Of a stretch of DNA of 64,000 nucleotides, positions 7,995-18,211 are shown piece by piece. The notes under the pieces were generated by a model that saw only the letters and a list, made by a program, of their open reading frames with translations, made no database searches and was not told where the DNA came from. Origin of the DNA: Candidatus Dormiibacterota bacterium. GTDB taxonomy: Bacteria > Chloroflexota > Dormibacteria > Aeolococcales > Bog-877. The stretch lies in NCBI GenBank assembly GCA_035531555.1, contig DATKSR010000046.1, forward strand, positions 6,702 through 70,701. Direction: 5' to 3'. A program made the translations under genes and the position numbers. The stretch's first letter is position 1. Every line of letters begins with the position of its first letter.

Positions 7995-9053
7995 TCAGCG
8001 AAGCAGCGGCCGGCGACGCAGCAAGATCGCCTCCAGGCCGTGCACCAGGGGGTCAAGGGGGCCCAAGACCGGCGCGATCATCAGTCCACTGTAGCTGCCC
8101 AGCCGGCCACTCCACTTCGTCTTGAATTTGGCGTACCCGTGCGCCGGATCGGCACGGTTGAACCGGCGGGGCACGCCGAACATGTCATAGATCGTGCACC
8201 CCTGCTCAATCCCCCATTGCATCATTGCCCACTGCATCGCGTAGCTGGCGTGGGCGCGGGGAACGGCGGTGCTGGTGCCCCCGAAGAGGTGCACCAGCCA
8301 TCTGCCGTATGCCACGGTCAACCCTCCCGCGAGCGGCTGACCCTTATAGGAGGCGATGAAGATGGTGGCTCCCAGGTCCTCTCTGACTGCCTGGTAGTAG
8401 GAGAGGGGACGGGAGTGGAGCTGCTTGCGTCCCACCGTGTCCATATGGAGTGAATAGAAGGCAGCAACGGCCTCCGGACTCTGATCGGCTGTGACCACCA
8501 CCCCCTCTCGCTCGGAGACGCGGATGCAGTACTTGGTCGCAGAGGGAATCCGCGCTGAGAGAGCTTCCACACCCCCGCTCAGATCAACCAGCCAGGTTTG
8601 GCGGTGCTGGACATCGAAGTGGCCCGTACGGAGGCCGCATCGCGCCCGCAACTGTTCGGCCTCAGCTGAATCAATGGGCCACTCTGGATCGCACTTCAAC
8701 TGGAAGGCCCGGTGGTGGCGCAGGGTGCTCGCCGCAGCGCTCAACAGCGCCCGACAGGATTCGACATCTCCCAGCGAGGAGAGCACCGGGCCTTTCGGTG
8801 AATACCCCCAACCCAACCCACCCGGACCGATCTTCTGCTGGAGAACCTGGATGGCCCCCACCCACTTCTCTTCAGGGCCGCGTATGGCCGCTAGCCGGTA
8901 GACCCGCCAACCGTAGCGCCTGCGCAACTCGCCCCATCCCCACGATTGGAGGACGTGGCCGGTCTCCTGCTGGCTGATGTAGCTGTCCCACTGTCGCTTA
9001 CCGTCACCGGGGACCTCCACCACCCGGACGCCGAGTGCCCCTGGGACCTTCAA
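7995..9053 (-). CDS. FemAB-family peptidoglycan bridge-formation (aminoacyl-tRNA dependent) transferase
   Basis: 352 aa. WDSYISQQETGHVLQSWGWGELRR N-terminus and GAxxxYAMQWxMMQW, YDMFGV C-terminal pattern typical of FemX/FemAB. Confidence 0.75.
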   Translation of the reverse strand: MKVPGALGVRVVEVPGDGKRQWDSYISQQETGHVLQSWGWGELRRRYGWRVYRLAAIRGPEEKWVGAIQVLQQKIGPGGLGWGYSPKGPVLSSLGDVESCRALLSAAASTLRHHRAFQLKCDPEWPIDSAEAEQLRARCGLRTGHFDVQHRQTWLVDLSGGVEALSARIPSATKYCIRVSEREGVVVTADQSPEAVAAFYSLHMDTVGRKQLHSRPLSYYQAVREDLGATIFIASYKGQPLAGGLTVAYGRWLVHLFGGTSTAVPRAHASYAMQWAMMQWGIEQGCTIYDMFGVPRRFNRADPAHGYAKFKTKWSGRLGSYSGLMIAPVLGPLDPLVHGLEAILLRRRPLLR

Positions 9054-9133
9054 GCTCCAGTGATTGAGACGGCAGCCATCGAGGTCATTATAGGTTCGGG
9101 AGATCAGCGCCGAGCCAATTCTGAGTTGCAGCG

Positions 9134-9139
9134 TATGAT
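9134..9139 (+). promoter_or_regulatory. -10 box TATGAT, 9 nt upstream of ATG 9149
   Basis: Read directly. Confidence 0.35.
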
Positions 9140-9148
9140 CGAAGAGAC

Positions 9149-9931
9149 ATGCGTCGTCGGCCGATTGTGGGTGCGGTTCTAGTAGCCGCTAGCGGCTTTC
9201 TCGGAAGTCAGCTGCAGGTCATGGCGGCCGCCCCGGCGGGCCAGACCGTCAGCCAAACAAGCGGCGCCGTCGGCTTGCTGTCCAACCCCACCTTGGCGTT
9301 CGTGCTGCTGCTGGTTGCCTTTCTGGGCGTGGGACTCGAGATTATCCATCCGGGAGCACTGGTGTTTGGCACAGTCGGCCTGGTGGCCGGAGTCCTGGCC
9401 GTCGTGGGACTTGCCAACCAGCCCGTCGACTGGCTGGGCCTGGTGCTGGTCGGAACCGCCGCCGCGCTCTTGGTGGTGGATACCTCGCTGCACAGCCATG
9501 GGCTGGTCAGCCTGGTGGGAGTTTGTGCCGCCATCGCCGGTGGGCTCCTCCTATATCAGACCTCGCCAGGCGAGAGCGGTGTGAGCCTGGCAGCACTGAT
9601 CACGGTGCCGGTGGTGCTGGGCGGGACCTGGATCGTCTTGAGTCGGCGCGCGCTCCGGGTGCGACACCTACCGTATGCCTCGAGTTCCCATGAACTGTTG
9701 GGACTCACCGCTGTGGTACGCGAACGCGCGAATCCCAACGGGATCGCCGCCGTGGAGGGGGAGCTATGGCGGATCACGGCGCGAGAAAGTGAGCCGATCG
9801 AGGTCGGCACCCGTGTTGAAGTAAGGGCACAAGATGGCCTTACGTTGATTGTGGAACCGCTGCCCGGCCCGCCGACCGTCAGCGAGCAGGCGACTGATCC
9901 CGGCGTGAGTGCCGGTTCTCGTATCGGATAA
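9149..9931 (+). CDS. NfeD-family membrane protein (no protease domain)
   Basis: Multiple hydrophobic helices plus a C-terminal OB-like GELWRITARESEPIEVGTRVEVRAQDG. Directly upstream of the SPFH gene. Confidence 0.7.
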   Translation: MRRRPIVGAVLVAASGFLGSQLQVMAAAPAGQTVSQTSGAVGLLSNPTLAFVLLLVAFLGVGLEIIHPGALVFGTVGLVAGVLAVVGLANQPVDWLGLVLVGTAAALLVVDTSLHSHGLVSLVGVCAAIAGGLLLYQTSPGESGVSLAALITVPVVLGGTWIVLSRRALRVRHLPYASSSHELLGLTAVVRERANPNGIAAVEGELWRITARESEPIEVGTRVEVRAQDGLTLIVEPLPGPPTVSEQATDPGVSAGSRIG

Positions 9932-9938
9932 GGAGAGC

Positions 9939-10802
9939 ATGGCTATGGCCGGGTTGATAGTTCTAGTGATCGTCGTAGTTCTACTTCTGACCACGTTTTC
10001 CACGGGTTTTCGTGTCATCAACGAATACGAGCGCGGCGTCGTCTTCCGCTTAGGACGACTGATTGACGTCAAGGGGCCCGGTCCGCGACTGATCATTCCT
10101 TTCGGAATCGACCGACTGCTCAAGATCGATCTGCGGATCAACGTGCATCAGGTGCCGCCGCAGGACATCATCACCAAGGACAACGTCACGGTTCGGGTTA
10201 CCGCAGTGGTGTTCTTCCGCGTGGTTGATGCCCGGGACGCCTATGTCAAGGTCAATGATTACCGGGGCAGCATCTCCACCGCCGCCCAGACCACGTTGCG
10301 GTCGATATTGGGGCAATCCACCCTCGACGAACTTCTGAGTCAGCGCGACAAGGTGAACACCGAACTGCAGACGGTCATCGACGAGCAGACCGAGCCCTGG
10401 GGCGTGAAGGTCACCGCGGTCGAGGTCAAGGATGTGGACCTGCCGCAGTCGATGCAGCGGGCTATGGCCATGCAGGCGGAGGCGGAACGCGAGAAGCGAG
10501 CCAAGATCATTCGCGCCGAGGGCGAATTCCTGGCTGCCCAGCAGTTGAGCAACGCCGCCGAGGTGATCGGTCGGGAACCAGCCACCCTGCAACTACGGTA
10601 CCTGCAGACACTCGCCGAGATCGGGGCGGAGCAGAACACCGTGGTGGTCTTCCCCCTGCCGCTCGACCTGATCCAGCCATTCATGGAGATCAGTGCGAAG
10701 GCTGGTGCGAGCAACGGCAAGAACGGAGCGGCTCTGAAGGCGCTCGCCGAGAAGGTAATCCCAGCTCCCAGGGCGAGGACCTCGAGGAACAAAGCGGACT
10801 GA
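9939..10802 (+). CDS. SPFH/band-7 (stomatin-like) protein
   Basis: ORF 9909..10802. ERGVVFRLGRL, ITKDNVTVRVTAVVFFRV, AEAEREKRAKII. Start moved to ATG 9939, which is preceded by AAGGAG. Confidence 0.9.
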   Translation: MAMAGLIVLVIVVVLLLTTFSTGFRVINEYERGVVFRLGRLIDVKGPGPRLIIPFGIDRLLKIDLRINVHQVPPQDIITKDNVTVRVTAVVFFRVVDARDAYVKVNDYRGSISTAAQTTLRSILGQSTLDELLSQRDKVNTELQTVIDEQTEPWGVKVTAVEVKDVDLPQSMQRAMAMQAEAEREKRAKIIRAEGEFLAAQQLSNAAEVIGREPATLQLRYLQTLAEIGAEQNTVVVFPLPLDLIQPFMEISAKAGASNGKNGAALKALAEKVIPAPRARTSRNKAD

Positions 10803-10822
10803 CCACGCCCCCGGACGGCCAG

Positions 10823-11572
10823 GTGGAGAGGGAGGGCCCGGAGGGGTACCACCGAACTCCCCGGTGCCTGCTCTTAGGCTCCGGGGAGTTCGAGCCGTGG
10901 GTGGGGCAGGCCGAGACCACAGCGCTCTCGGCTGCGGGGGGAGACGGCACGGCAGTGGTTCTGGCCACCGCCAGCTCTCCTGAGGGCGACTCGACCTTCG
11001 AGAGATGGAATCGGATGGGGCTGGCGCACTACGCGTCCCTGGACCTGCCGGCTCGGGCCTTGCCTGTTCGAACTCGCGAAGATGCCGAGCTCGTGGCGCA
11101 CGCCGCGGTGGTAAGCCGGGCCAGCCTGATCTTCTTCTCCGGTGGGAATCCCGAATACCTCGCACGCACCGTAGAAGGCACAGCTGTCTGGGCCGCCGTT
11201 CTGCAGGCGCTCGAGGGAGGTGCGGTCTTCGGAGGCTGCAGCGCGGGCGCCATGGTCGCCGGTGCCGCCCAGCAGTCCGGTCCGGCCCGCGGTCGCTTTC
11301 GGTTCAGTGGAGGACTGGACCTCTTCCCGACTGACGTCTTTGGAGTCCACTGGGACTCCACCTTCATGCGCGTCCTTCGGCCGGCGGTGATTCACCGGGT
11401 GCCCTCGGGCTGCCGCCTAATCGGGATCGCTGAACGGACAGCAATACTGACGGAGGGCAACGGCTGGAGAGTATTTGGCGACGGTGCTGTCGAGGTGCGG
11501 GACGGGCTGATACGAAGGTCGTACCGGGCAGGGGAGGTCATCCCGAATGGACCGGTGACTGACCGCCCGTGA
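10823..11572 (+). CDS. Peptidase S51 / cyanophycinase-like (type 1 glutamine amidotransferase-like) protein
   Basis: 249 aa. LIFFSGGNPEYL and FGGCSAGAMV nucleophile-elbow pattern. Confidence 0.55.
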   Translation: MEREGPEGYHRTPRCLLLGSGEFEPWVGQAETTALSAAGGDGTAVVLATASSPEGDSTFERWNRMGLAHYASLDLPARALPVRTREDAELVAHAAVVSRASLIFFSGGNPEYLARTVEGTAVWAAVLQALEGGAVFGGCSAGAMVAGAAQQSGPARGRFRFSGGLDLFPTDVFGVHWDSTFMRVLRPAVIHRVPSGCRLIGIAERTAILTEGNGWRVFGDGAVEVRDGLIRRSYRAGEVIPNGPVTDRP

Positions 11573-11583
11573 GCCGCCACAAA

Positions 11584-11599
11584 TGTTTCACGTGAAACA
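11584..11599. promoter_or_regulatory. parS: parS centromere-like site (perfect TGTTTCACGTGAAACA)
   Basis: Exact 16-bp palindrome read directly. It produces the artefactual MFHVKH start of ORF 11583. Confidence 0.9.
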
Positions 11600-11611
11600 T
11601 CGCGGCGCTCC

Positions 11612-11617
11612 TATACT
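11612..11617 (+). promoter_or_regulatory. -10 box TATACT, 7 nt upstream of parA ATG 11625
   Basis: Read directly. A 17-bp spacer places the -35 inside parS. Confidence 0.45.
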
Positions 11618-11624
11618 TCCGCAC

Positions 11625-12407
11625 ATGTCTCGCCCTCGGGTGATAACTGTGTGCAATCAGAAGGGCGGGGTCGGCAAGACGACCACCGCCGTGAGTCTCG
11701 GCGCCGCCCTGGCGGAGAGGGGGCTGCGGGTGCTTCTGGTGGACTGCGACCCCCAGGGCAACGCTACCTCTGGAGTAGGGGTGCGGCCGGCCAGTCTCTC
11801 GAGCTCGATTTATGACGTAATCGTTCTGGGACAGCCGCTGATGGAGGTGGCGATCGAGATCGATGAGGTGCCGGGGCTGACTTTGGTCCCGTCGAACGTT
11901 TCTCTGGCAGGGTCGGAGCTCGAGCTCGCCGAACTCCCGCTCCGCGAGTCGCGTCTCAAGCTCGCCCTGGACGGCCTGGAGGACTTCGACTACGTGCTGC
12001 TCGACACGCCGCCCTCGCTCGGTTTGCTGACCGTCAACTGTCTGGTGGCCGCGGACTCCTTGCTGATCCCGCTCCAGTGTGAGTACTACGCGTTGGAGGG
12101 CCTCTCTCTGCTGACCCAGACTCAGACGCTCGTGAGGCAGTCGCTGAACCCCGCCCTGACTCTGGCCGGAATCGTGCTGACCCTGTTTGACCCGCGGACG
12201 ATCCTAAGCTCGCAGGTGGTCAGTGAGGTTAGACGGCAGTTCGGAGACCAGGCATTCACGACCGTCATCCCCCGTTCGGTACGTCTCAGCGAGGCCCCGA
12301 GTCACGGACTGCCAATCACCCTCTACGAACCGGCCGGGAGAGCGGCGGCGGCCTATCGCGCCCTGGCCGAGGAACTCCTCGCGCGCACCGCAGCGGTGGC
12401 TGCGTGA
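11625..12407 (+). CDS. parA: Chromosome partitioning ATPase ParA/Soj
   Basis: ORF 11583..12407. Deviant Walker A NQKGGVGKTTT. Start moved to ATG 11625, downstream of parS. Confidence 0.9.
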   Translation: MSRPRVITVCNQKGGVGKTTTAVSLGAALAERGLRVLLVDCDPQGNATSGVGVRPASLSSSIYDVIVLGQPLMEVAIEIDEVPGLTLVPSNVSLAGSELELAELPLRESRLKLALDGLEDFDYVLLDTPPSLGLLTVNCLVAADSLLIPLQCEYYALEGLSLLTQTQTLVRQSLNPALTLAGIVLTLFDPRTILSSQVVSEVRRQFGDQAFTTVIPRSVRLSEAPSHGLPITLYEPAGRAAAAYRALAEELLARTAAVAA

Positions 12408-13279
12408 CCAAGCGGAGGGGTCTCGGCAGGGGGCTGGAGCAGCTGATCCCGACCGGCGCCACGGACTTCAACCCTATCGTGGGCGGCCCTGGCACGAGAG
12501 ACGTCCCGATCGCCCTGATCGACCCTAACCCCGAGCAGCCGCGTACCAACTTCGATGACGGGCCGCTGCGGGCGCTCGCCGAGTCGATCCGGACGTATGG
12601 AGTGCTTCAGCCGCTGGTAGTGGAGGCCGATGGGACACGCTTTCGGCTGGTCGCCGGCGAGCGGCGGATGCGCGCTGCTCAACTCGCCGGACTCGGGCGG
12701 GTTCCGGCGGTCGTCCGTCCGGTGGGTCCTGATCGGGAAAAGCTAGAAGTCGCGCTGGTCGAGAACCTCCAGCGGACTGATATCTCCGCCCTTGATGAGG
12801 CGCGAGCCTTCTCCCGACTCTGCGATGTATTCGGTCTCACCCAAGAGCAGGTGGCCCAGCGCGTCGGTCGGAGCCGCTCCGGAGTCGCAAACACCATGCG
12901 CCTGCTTCAAACCGCCCCCGCGGTTCAGGTGGCCATCCAGGGCGGCCAGATCGCGCCGGCCCACGGACGGGCGCTGCTGTCGCTGCCCGACTCACAGGCG
13001 CAGGAGAAGCTGCTCAGCCGGATCGTGGCTCAGAGTCTCTCTGTCCGGGAGACCGAGAGGCTGGTCTCACAACAGACAGGAGATCGCCCTCGGCGGCCCC
13101 CTAGGGCTGCCAGGGCGTCCGATTCGGCCCTCGGTGCGATCGAGGAGGCCCTTACCAGACGGCTGAGCACCAGGGTCAAAATCCTTCCTGGGCCAAAGGG
13201 CAGGGGCCGGATCGTGATCGAGTACTTCTCCGAAGATGAACTGAACGGACTGCTCGACCGGCTGGCAATCTCGATCTAG
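12404..13279 (+). CDS. parB: Chromosome partitioning protein ParB/Spo0J
   Basis: GLGRGLEQLIP, ENLQRTDISALDEA. GTGA overlap with parA. Confidence 0.9.
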   Translation: MTKRRGLGRGLEQLIPTGATDFNPIVGGPGTRDVPIALIDPNPEQPRTNFDDGPLRALAESIRTYGVLQPLVVEADGTRFRLVAGERRMRAAQLAGLGRVPAVVRPVGPDREKLEVALVENLQRTDISALDEARAFSRLCDVFGLTQEQVAQRVGRSRSGVANTMRLLQTAPAVQVAIQGGQIAPAHGRALLSLPDSQAQEKLLSRIVAQSLSVRETERLVSQQTGDRPRRPPRAARASDSALGAIEEALTRRLSTRVKILPGPKGRGRIVIEYFSEDELNGLLDRLAISI

Positions 13280-13304
13280 CCGGAGAGGGTTTTTCCTCCC
13301 TCCC

Positions 13305-13310
13305 TATACT
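13305..13310 (+). promoter_or_regulatory. -10 box TATACT, 3/6 nt upstream of GTG 13314/13317
   Basis: Read directly. Confidence 0.4.
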
Positions 13311-13313
13311 GCC

Positions 13314-14096
13314 GTGGTGCCGTCCGACCCCTCGATCGTGCCCGATCCTTCGCGAGATCGGGTCGAAGCGGGAGGTCGCCCGCATGGACGGTCGCTGGTG
13401 CGGGACCTTGTCGAGGTGGTCGCCCTCGCGATCCTCATCTATCTGTTGATCGCGTTCGCAATTCAGCCGGTCCATGTCGAGGGCACGAGCATGTACCCGG
13501 GTCTGCAGAACAACAACCTTCTCATCGCCGAGAAGGTGTCCTTGTATTTTGGGGGCCCTTCGCGGGGCGACATCGTGATCCTCAAGCCGCCGATTCCTTC
13601 ATCTAACGACTTCATCAAGCGGGTCATCGGGCTGCCCGGGGAATGGGTTCGCATTGCTCCCAACAGTCACCACGTCGGCCACGTGTTCATCAGTGAGACC
13701 AGGCCCGATTCCACTACCGGGGGAACGCAGCTCAACGAGCCCTACATCAATGGGACCTGGGTGGATGAGGTCGAGTGCTGCACCGCCAGCGGAACCTTCT
13801 CTCCGCTGCTGCCGACCACCGGAAGGTGGGTCCCCATCCCCGCGCACGAGTACTTTGTCATGGGCGATAACCGCAACTTTTCCGAGGATTCCCGCACCTT
13901 TGGCTGGGAGCCCCAGCACGGCATCGTGGCCATCGCTGTCGCCCGCTTCTGGCCCCTCGATGAGCTAGGCCTGGTGCCGGGGATGAGGCCAACCGTGAGC
14001 GTCTTCCTGGCGGCCGGCACGCTGTTGCCGCTCCGCCGGCGCCGCCGGCGACTTCCTAAGGGTAGATCCAGCGACCGCCGTCCCGCTCCCAAGTAA
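13314..14096 (+). CDS. lepB: Signal peptidase I
   Basis: GTSMYPGL (Ser box), [11 protein letters not shown] (Lys box), [11 protein letters not shown]. Confidence 0.85.
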   Translation: MVPSDPSIVPDPSRDRVEAGGRPHGRSLVRDLVEVVALAILIYLLIAFAIQPVHVEGTSMYPGLQNNNLLIAEKVSLYFGGPSRGDIVILKPPIPSSNDFIKRVIGLPGEWVRIAPNSHHVGHVFISETRPDSTTGGTQLNEPYINGTWVDEVECCTASGTFSPLLPTTGRWVPIPAHEYFVMGDNRNFSEDSRTFGWEPQHGIVAIAVARFWPLDELGLVPGMRPTVSVFLAAGTLLPLRRRRRRLPKGRSSDRRPAPK

Positions 14097-14505
14097 CCAG
14101 CTCGGTGGCGCCGAAGTAGAGGTCTATCTCCTCCTCGGCTCGGGAGGGGCTGTCCGATCCGTGGATCACGTTTTGACCGATGTCGACTCCGAAGTCCCCG
14201 CGGATGGTCCCGGGGGCGGCGGTCGCGGGGTTGGTCGGTCCCATCATGGAGCGGACCATGGTCACCGCGTTGGGTCCCTCCCAAACCATCGCCACCACCG
14301 GTGAGGAGGTGATGAATTCGATGATCGCGTCGAAGAAGGGACGACCGCGGTGTTCTTCGTAATGCTTCTCGGCGAGTTCATGCGTGATAGCCGTGAGCTT
14401 CAGTCCCACCAGGTGGAGTCCGCGACGCTCGAACCGCCCCACCATCTCCCCGACGAGCCCACGCTGGACTCCGTCAGGCTTGATCAGCACCAACGTTCGC
14501 TCCAC
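14056..14505 (-). CDS. ndk: Nucleoside diphosphate kinase
   Basis: ORF 14056..14640. [18 protein letters not shown] and NVIHGSDS. Start moved to GTG 14505, which is preceded by GGGGAGGG. Confidence 0.9.
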   Translation of the reverse strand: MERTLVLIKPDGVQRGLVGEMVGRFERRGLHLVGLKLTAITHELAEKHYEEHRGRPFFDAIIEFITSSPVVAMVWEGPNAVTMVRSMMGPTNPATAAPGTIRGDFGVDIGQNVIHGSDSPSRAEEEIDLYFGATELVTWERDGGRWIYP

Positions 14506-14557
14506 GCTCAGACCCTCCCCGCCTCTGCGGCCGCCACGCGGCCATCTGGAGTCGACA

Positions 14558-15895
14558 TCATCCCTCAACGCCGTCAGAAATAGCCGCCAACGCCGCCCCG
14601 GCGTCGGGTCCCGGCCCCACCGCAGCGAGCCGCCAGCCATGCCCAGTGAAGAGCCGATCGGCGGTGGATTGAACCTCCTCCGCCGTGACCGACCTCACCG
14701 AGGAGATCACCTCGGAGGGCGACATTACCGAGCCAATCAGCGCCGCCTGGTGCCCCAGGAACTCGGCCATCGCACTCGTTCCCTCGAGCTGCAGGCGCAA
14801 CCGGCCCTCGATCTGGGTCTTGGTCCGCTCCAGGTCCTGGGCGGTGAGTCGTTCCCGCACCATGCGGCCGACCTCCAGCAGGGCGCCGCGGATCGCCGTG
14901 TCGACCTGGTGCGGCTGAGTGGCCATGTAGATCCCGAAGGCTCCCGAGTCGCGGTGGCGGGCGGCGAAGGAGTGGATGTCGTAAGCCAGCGCCTGCCGCT
15001 CCCTTAGTTCCAAGAAGAGACGGCTGCTCATGCCCTCGCCCAATATGGTGTTGAGCACATCCAGCGACCACCGCTCTGGATCGAGGTACGAGGAGCAGCG
15101 CACCCCAAGAAGGAGGTGGACCTGCTCACCACGGCGCTTCCGAACCTTGGCGACCGGATCCCGCCCCAGTGGGGTCGGAACCCCGCCATCACTTCGGCGC
15201 CCCTTGGATGCCGCAACCGCTGGTCCCTGCTCATCGAAGCAACGTTCGACAAGTGTCCGGGCTTGATCGGGATTGAACCCCCCGGAGAGCACCACCACCA
15301 CCCGGTCCGGCACGTAGTACGCGGCTCGGTACGTGCTCAGTTCTATGGCTCCGATTCGTGCCAGCGAAGCCTTGGTGCCGGCAGGGTCACGGGCCAAGGG
15401 ATGGTCGCCCCATAGGAGCCCATCGAAAATCATCTGGACGAGGTCGCCAGGCTGGTCCAAGTACATCGAGAGTTCTTCGACCACTACGTTGCGTTCCCGC
15501 TCAGCTTCATCACCAGCGATCCGCGGAGCGAACGCCAGATCGAAGAGCAGCCGTAGCGCCAGTTCCAGATGGGCGCCCGGGACCTTGGCCCAGAAGGTGG
15601 TCAGCTCCTTGTCCGTGCTGGCGTTGAGCACTCCACCGATGCCCTCGATCGACTGGGAGACGTCTCTGCTGGTGGGAAAGTGCTGGGTGCCCTTGAATAC
15701 GATGTGCTCCAGGAAGTGCGACACGCCAGCCAGGCGCTTGGTCTCCCATCTGGACCCCACGCGCACTAGGATCGACGCAGCCACGGAGTCACGACCGGCC
15801 ATCGGTGCCAGCACCAGTTGGGCTCCGTTCGGCAGCTGAATCAGCTCCCAGGTGGCTTCAGTATCCGGCTGACCCGCTCGGCTGGTTCTCGCCAT
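14558..15895 (-). CDS. M16-family (pitrilysin/insulinase-like) zinc peptidase
   Basis: 445 aa, HFLEH inverted zinc motif ([14 protein letters not shown]). Confidence 0.8.
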   Translation of the reverse strand: MARTSRAGQPDTEATWELIQLPNGAQLVLAPMAGRDSVAASILVRVGSRWETKRLAGVSHFLEHIVFKGTQHFPTSRDVSQSIEGIGGVLNASTDKELTTFWAKVPGAHLELALRLLFDLAFAPRIAGDEAERERNVVVEELSMYLDQPGDLVQMIFDGLLWGDHPLARDPAGTKASLARIGAIELSTYRAAYYVPDRVVVVLSGGFNPDQARTLVERCFDEQGPAVAASKGRRSDGGVPTPLGRDPVAKVRKRRGEQVHLLLGVRCSSYLDPERWSLDVLNTILGEGMSSRLFLELRERQALAYDIHSFAARHRDSGAFGIYMATQPHQVDTAIRGALLEVGRMVRERLTAQDLERTKTQIEGRLRLQLEGTSAMAEFLGHQAALIGSVMSPSEVISSVRSVTAEEVQSTADRLFTGHGWRLAAVGPGPDAGAALAAISDGVEG

Positions 15896-16465
15896 TTAGC
15901 TCCTGGCCTCAGTGCGCTGCTGGACCCGGGCCAGCGTCAGTGCGTACGTGAGGTCCAAGGTGGCGGCGTTGCCGGCGATGCGAATTTCATTCACCACATT
16001 GGCCTGCCGCCAGTCCAGCACGAACGACTGGTATTCGGTTTGGTCAACCTCCTTGGTCTCGGTGAACGCCACCGCTTGCTCACCGAGCTTTCCGGTCGAG
16101 ACCTGCTCCCAACTCGCGCTAGCCAGCGCCTTCTTCTCCAGCGCGAACCCACTCGCGGCCCCAGCGGCCGTCTTATAGGTGACTGCGGCACTCTCGATGA
16201 CGACAGGTCCGACGACCTCCTGCGGGCTCACCTCTCGGTCGTAGGTGGCAATATAGCCACTCTCGCGGCCCTGAGCCTGGATTCGGCGCAGCACAGCGGG
16301 CGCGCCGCCGGCAACTTTCTTGTTGCTAATGACACCGCTATTGCTCGATCCCTTCTCCTTCACAAAGCCAGGATATGGCAATTGCGACAATCGGAGCACC
16401 AGCGCCTGGGGCGAGATTCGAATCAGCGCCGGGGAGCTCCCGCATCCGACCAGCACCAGGGCCAA
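15896..16465 (-). CDS. Lipoprotein (true start probably upstream, up to 16516)
   Basis: LVGCGSS lipobox only 7 aa after the TTG 16465 start. The in-frame upstream sequence IRSSGRSWAGPLLGGGLALVLVGC completes a signal peptide but contains no ATG/GTG/TTG. Confidence 0.55.
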   Translation of the reverse strand: MALVLVGCGSSPALIRISPQALVLRLSQLPYPGFVKEKGSSNSGVISNKKVAGGAPAVLRRIQAQGRESGYIATYDREVSPQEVVGPVVIESAAVTYKTAAGAASGFALEKKALASASWEQVSTGKLGEQAVAFTETKEVDQTEYQSFVLDWRQANVVNEIRIAGNAATLDLTYALTLARVQQRTEARS

Positions 16466-16512
16466 GCCGCCGCCCAGGAGGGGACCGGCCCAGCTCCGGC
16501 CGGAGCTCCGAA

Positions 16513-17205
16513 TCAGGGCCCGGCCTCTCCGGCGGGCCGAATCGTCACCCGGCGCTCAGCATCGGTTCCGGTGCTCTCGGTGGAGATGCCAGGATCGTCG
16601 GCCAGGGCCAGGTGTACCGCCCGGCGCTCGTAGGGTTGCATTGGCTCCAATGTGACCGGACGGCCAGTTCGGACCACCCCCGCCGCCATCCGCACCGCCA
16701 TCTGGGCCACGGTGTGCTCCCGGCGCTGGCGGTACTTGGCCACGTCCACGATCAACCGCGGCGCTCCGGGCGTCAGTCCGGTCTCTCCCAGCATTAGGTT
16801 GAGGACGGTCTGGAGGGCTCGCAGCGACTCCCCTCTCCATCCGATCAGGATGCCCAGGTCAACCCCTTCCACCTCCAGCAGCAGGGGAGCTGCCCCATCG
16901 ATCACGCCCTGATCGGAAGGGGTGCGATGAACCGGGCGCACCTTGACCTCGGCTTCGATGTCCATCAGCCGGAGGATCGTCTCCAGGTTTATCTTGCCCC
17001 GAAGACCCTCGGGGGGCATGGCTTGGACCAGCACCCGGGCGGCCGCGCCTGAGATGCGCTCACCGGGAACGGCGGCTCCGCCTTCGCTCACCACCTCAAC
17101 CATCACTGCGTCCGAGTCCAATCTTCCAGCTCGGCAGGCGGCCAGGGTGGCTTCTTCGACCGTTGAGCCCTCGCCCTCGAAGGTTGCCGCACGTTCTTCT
17201 TCCAT
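16513..17205 (-). CDS. jag: Jag/KhpB RNA-binding protein (Jag_N-KH-R3H)
   Basis: 230 aa. R3H-type LEPMQPYERRAVHLAL. Position directly after yidC. Confidence 0.8.
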   Translation of the reverse strand: MEEERAATFEGEGSTVEEATLAACRAGRLDSDAVMVEVVSEGGAAVPGERISGAAARVLVQAMPPEGLRGKINLETILRLMDIEAEVKVRPVHRTPSDQGVIDGAAPLLLEVEGVDLGILIGWRGESLRALQTVLNLMLGETGLTPGAPRLIVDVAKYRQRREHTVAQMAVRMAAGVVRTGRPVTLEPMQPYERRAVHLALADDPGISTESTGTDAERRVTIRPAGEAGP

Positions 17206-17212
17206 ATCCCGC

Positions 17213-18211
17213 TCAGCGGCGCGGCCGCCCTCGCTCCCTGGCTTTGGGGCGACGGGGCGAGGGCCGTGGTGGCGTACGCCGTGCGCCGCCGGACGTCAGG
17301 CTGCCGCTGGCGGCTCCCGCCACGGCTACCGCCGGCACCGGGCCGTCTGTCGGCGGCCGGCCCATCGGTGAGTTCTTCGGCCGCCAACCGGCCCCCGGGA
17401 ACCACGGTGGCACCTTGAGTCCACCCCATCCCATCATCGAAAACACCTGCAGGACCATGACTCCGCTCTGGGTGATCCAGTAGAGTCCGATCCCCTGGTT
17501 GAAGTTCAACGCGAAAACGGCGATCAGGACCGGCATGAGGTAGGTCGTCTGCCTCATGACGTTGTACATCTGCTTTTCCTGATCGGTCATGTCCGGGCGC
17601 TGCTGCTGCATCATCATCTTCGACTGCATGAAGGTCAGCACGCCCGCCAAGATCGGCACGATGATCAAGGTGGGATGAGTGAGCAGTCCCGCCTTCAACG
17701 CTGACTTGTCGAGATCGCTAATCCACAAGAAGCTGGTCTGGCCGTGGAGATGCTTAGATAGGCTGTTGATGGAGCCGAACAGCGCATAGATGAACGGCAG
17801 CTGGATCAGGAGTGGGAAGCACCCGGACAGCTGACTTAGGGGGTTGATCTGATGCCGCTTGTACAGCGCCATGGTCTCCGTCTGCAGTCGGGCTTTGTCC
17901 TTCTTGTACTTCGCTTGGATCTCGCGCAGCTCTGGACCCATTCGGCGTTGGTCTGCTTGGATCTTCCACTGCGTACGAATCTGCCACCGGAAGAGCGGGA
18001 ATAGCACCCCGCGGATGCACAGTGTCAGCACCATCACCGCCAAGCCGAAGGCGCCGATCGCCTCGGTCGGGCCGAATCCTCGGAAGACGTGGTCCAAGAA
18101 TTGCAAGACAACCGCGATCGGCGTGAGGAGTACGTAGAAGAAGATCGCCAATATCGGGTTGGTGGGAGCCGGCGCGGCGGGGTTGACGAAGGTTAGGAAC
18201 TCAGTGCCCAT
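17213..18211 (-). CDS. yidC: Membrane protein insertase YidC
   Basis: 332 aa. [25 protein letters not shown] and LYWITQS motifs, basic C-terminal tail. Confidence 0.85.
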   Translation of the reverse strand: MGTEFLTFVNPAAPAPTNPILAIFFYVLLTPIAVVLQFLDHVFRGFGPTEAIGAFGLAVMVLTLCIRGVLFPLFRWQIRTQWKIQADQRRMGPELREIQAKYKKDKARLQTETMALYKRHQINPLSQLSGCFPLLIQLPFIYALFGSINSLSKHLHGQTSFLWISDLDKSALKAGLLTHPTLIIVPILAGVLTFMQSKMMMQQQRPDMTDQEKQMYNVMRQTTYLMPVLIAVFALNFNQGIGLYWITQSGVMVLQVFSMMGWGGLKVPPWFPGAGWRPKNSPMGRPPTDGPVPAVAVAGAASGSLTSGGARRTPPRPSPRRPKARERGRPRR

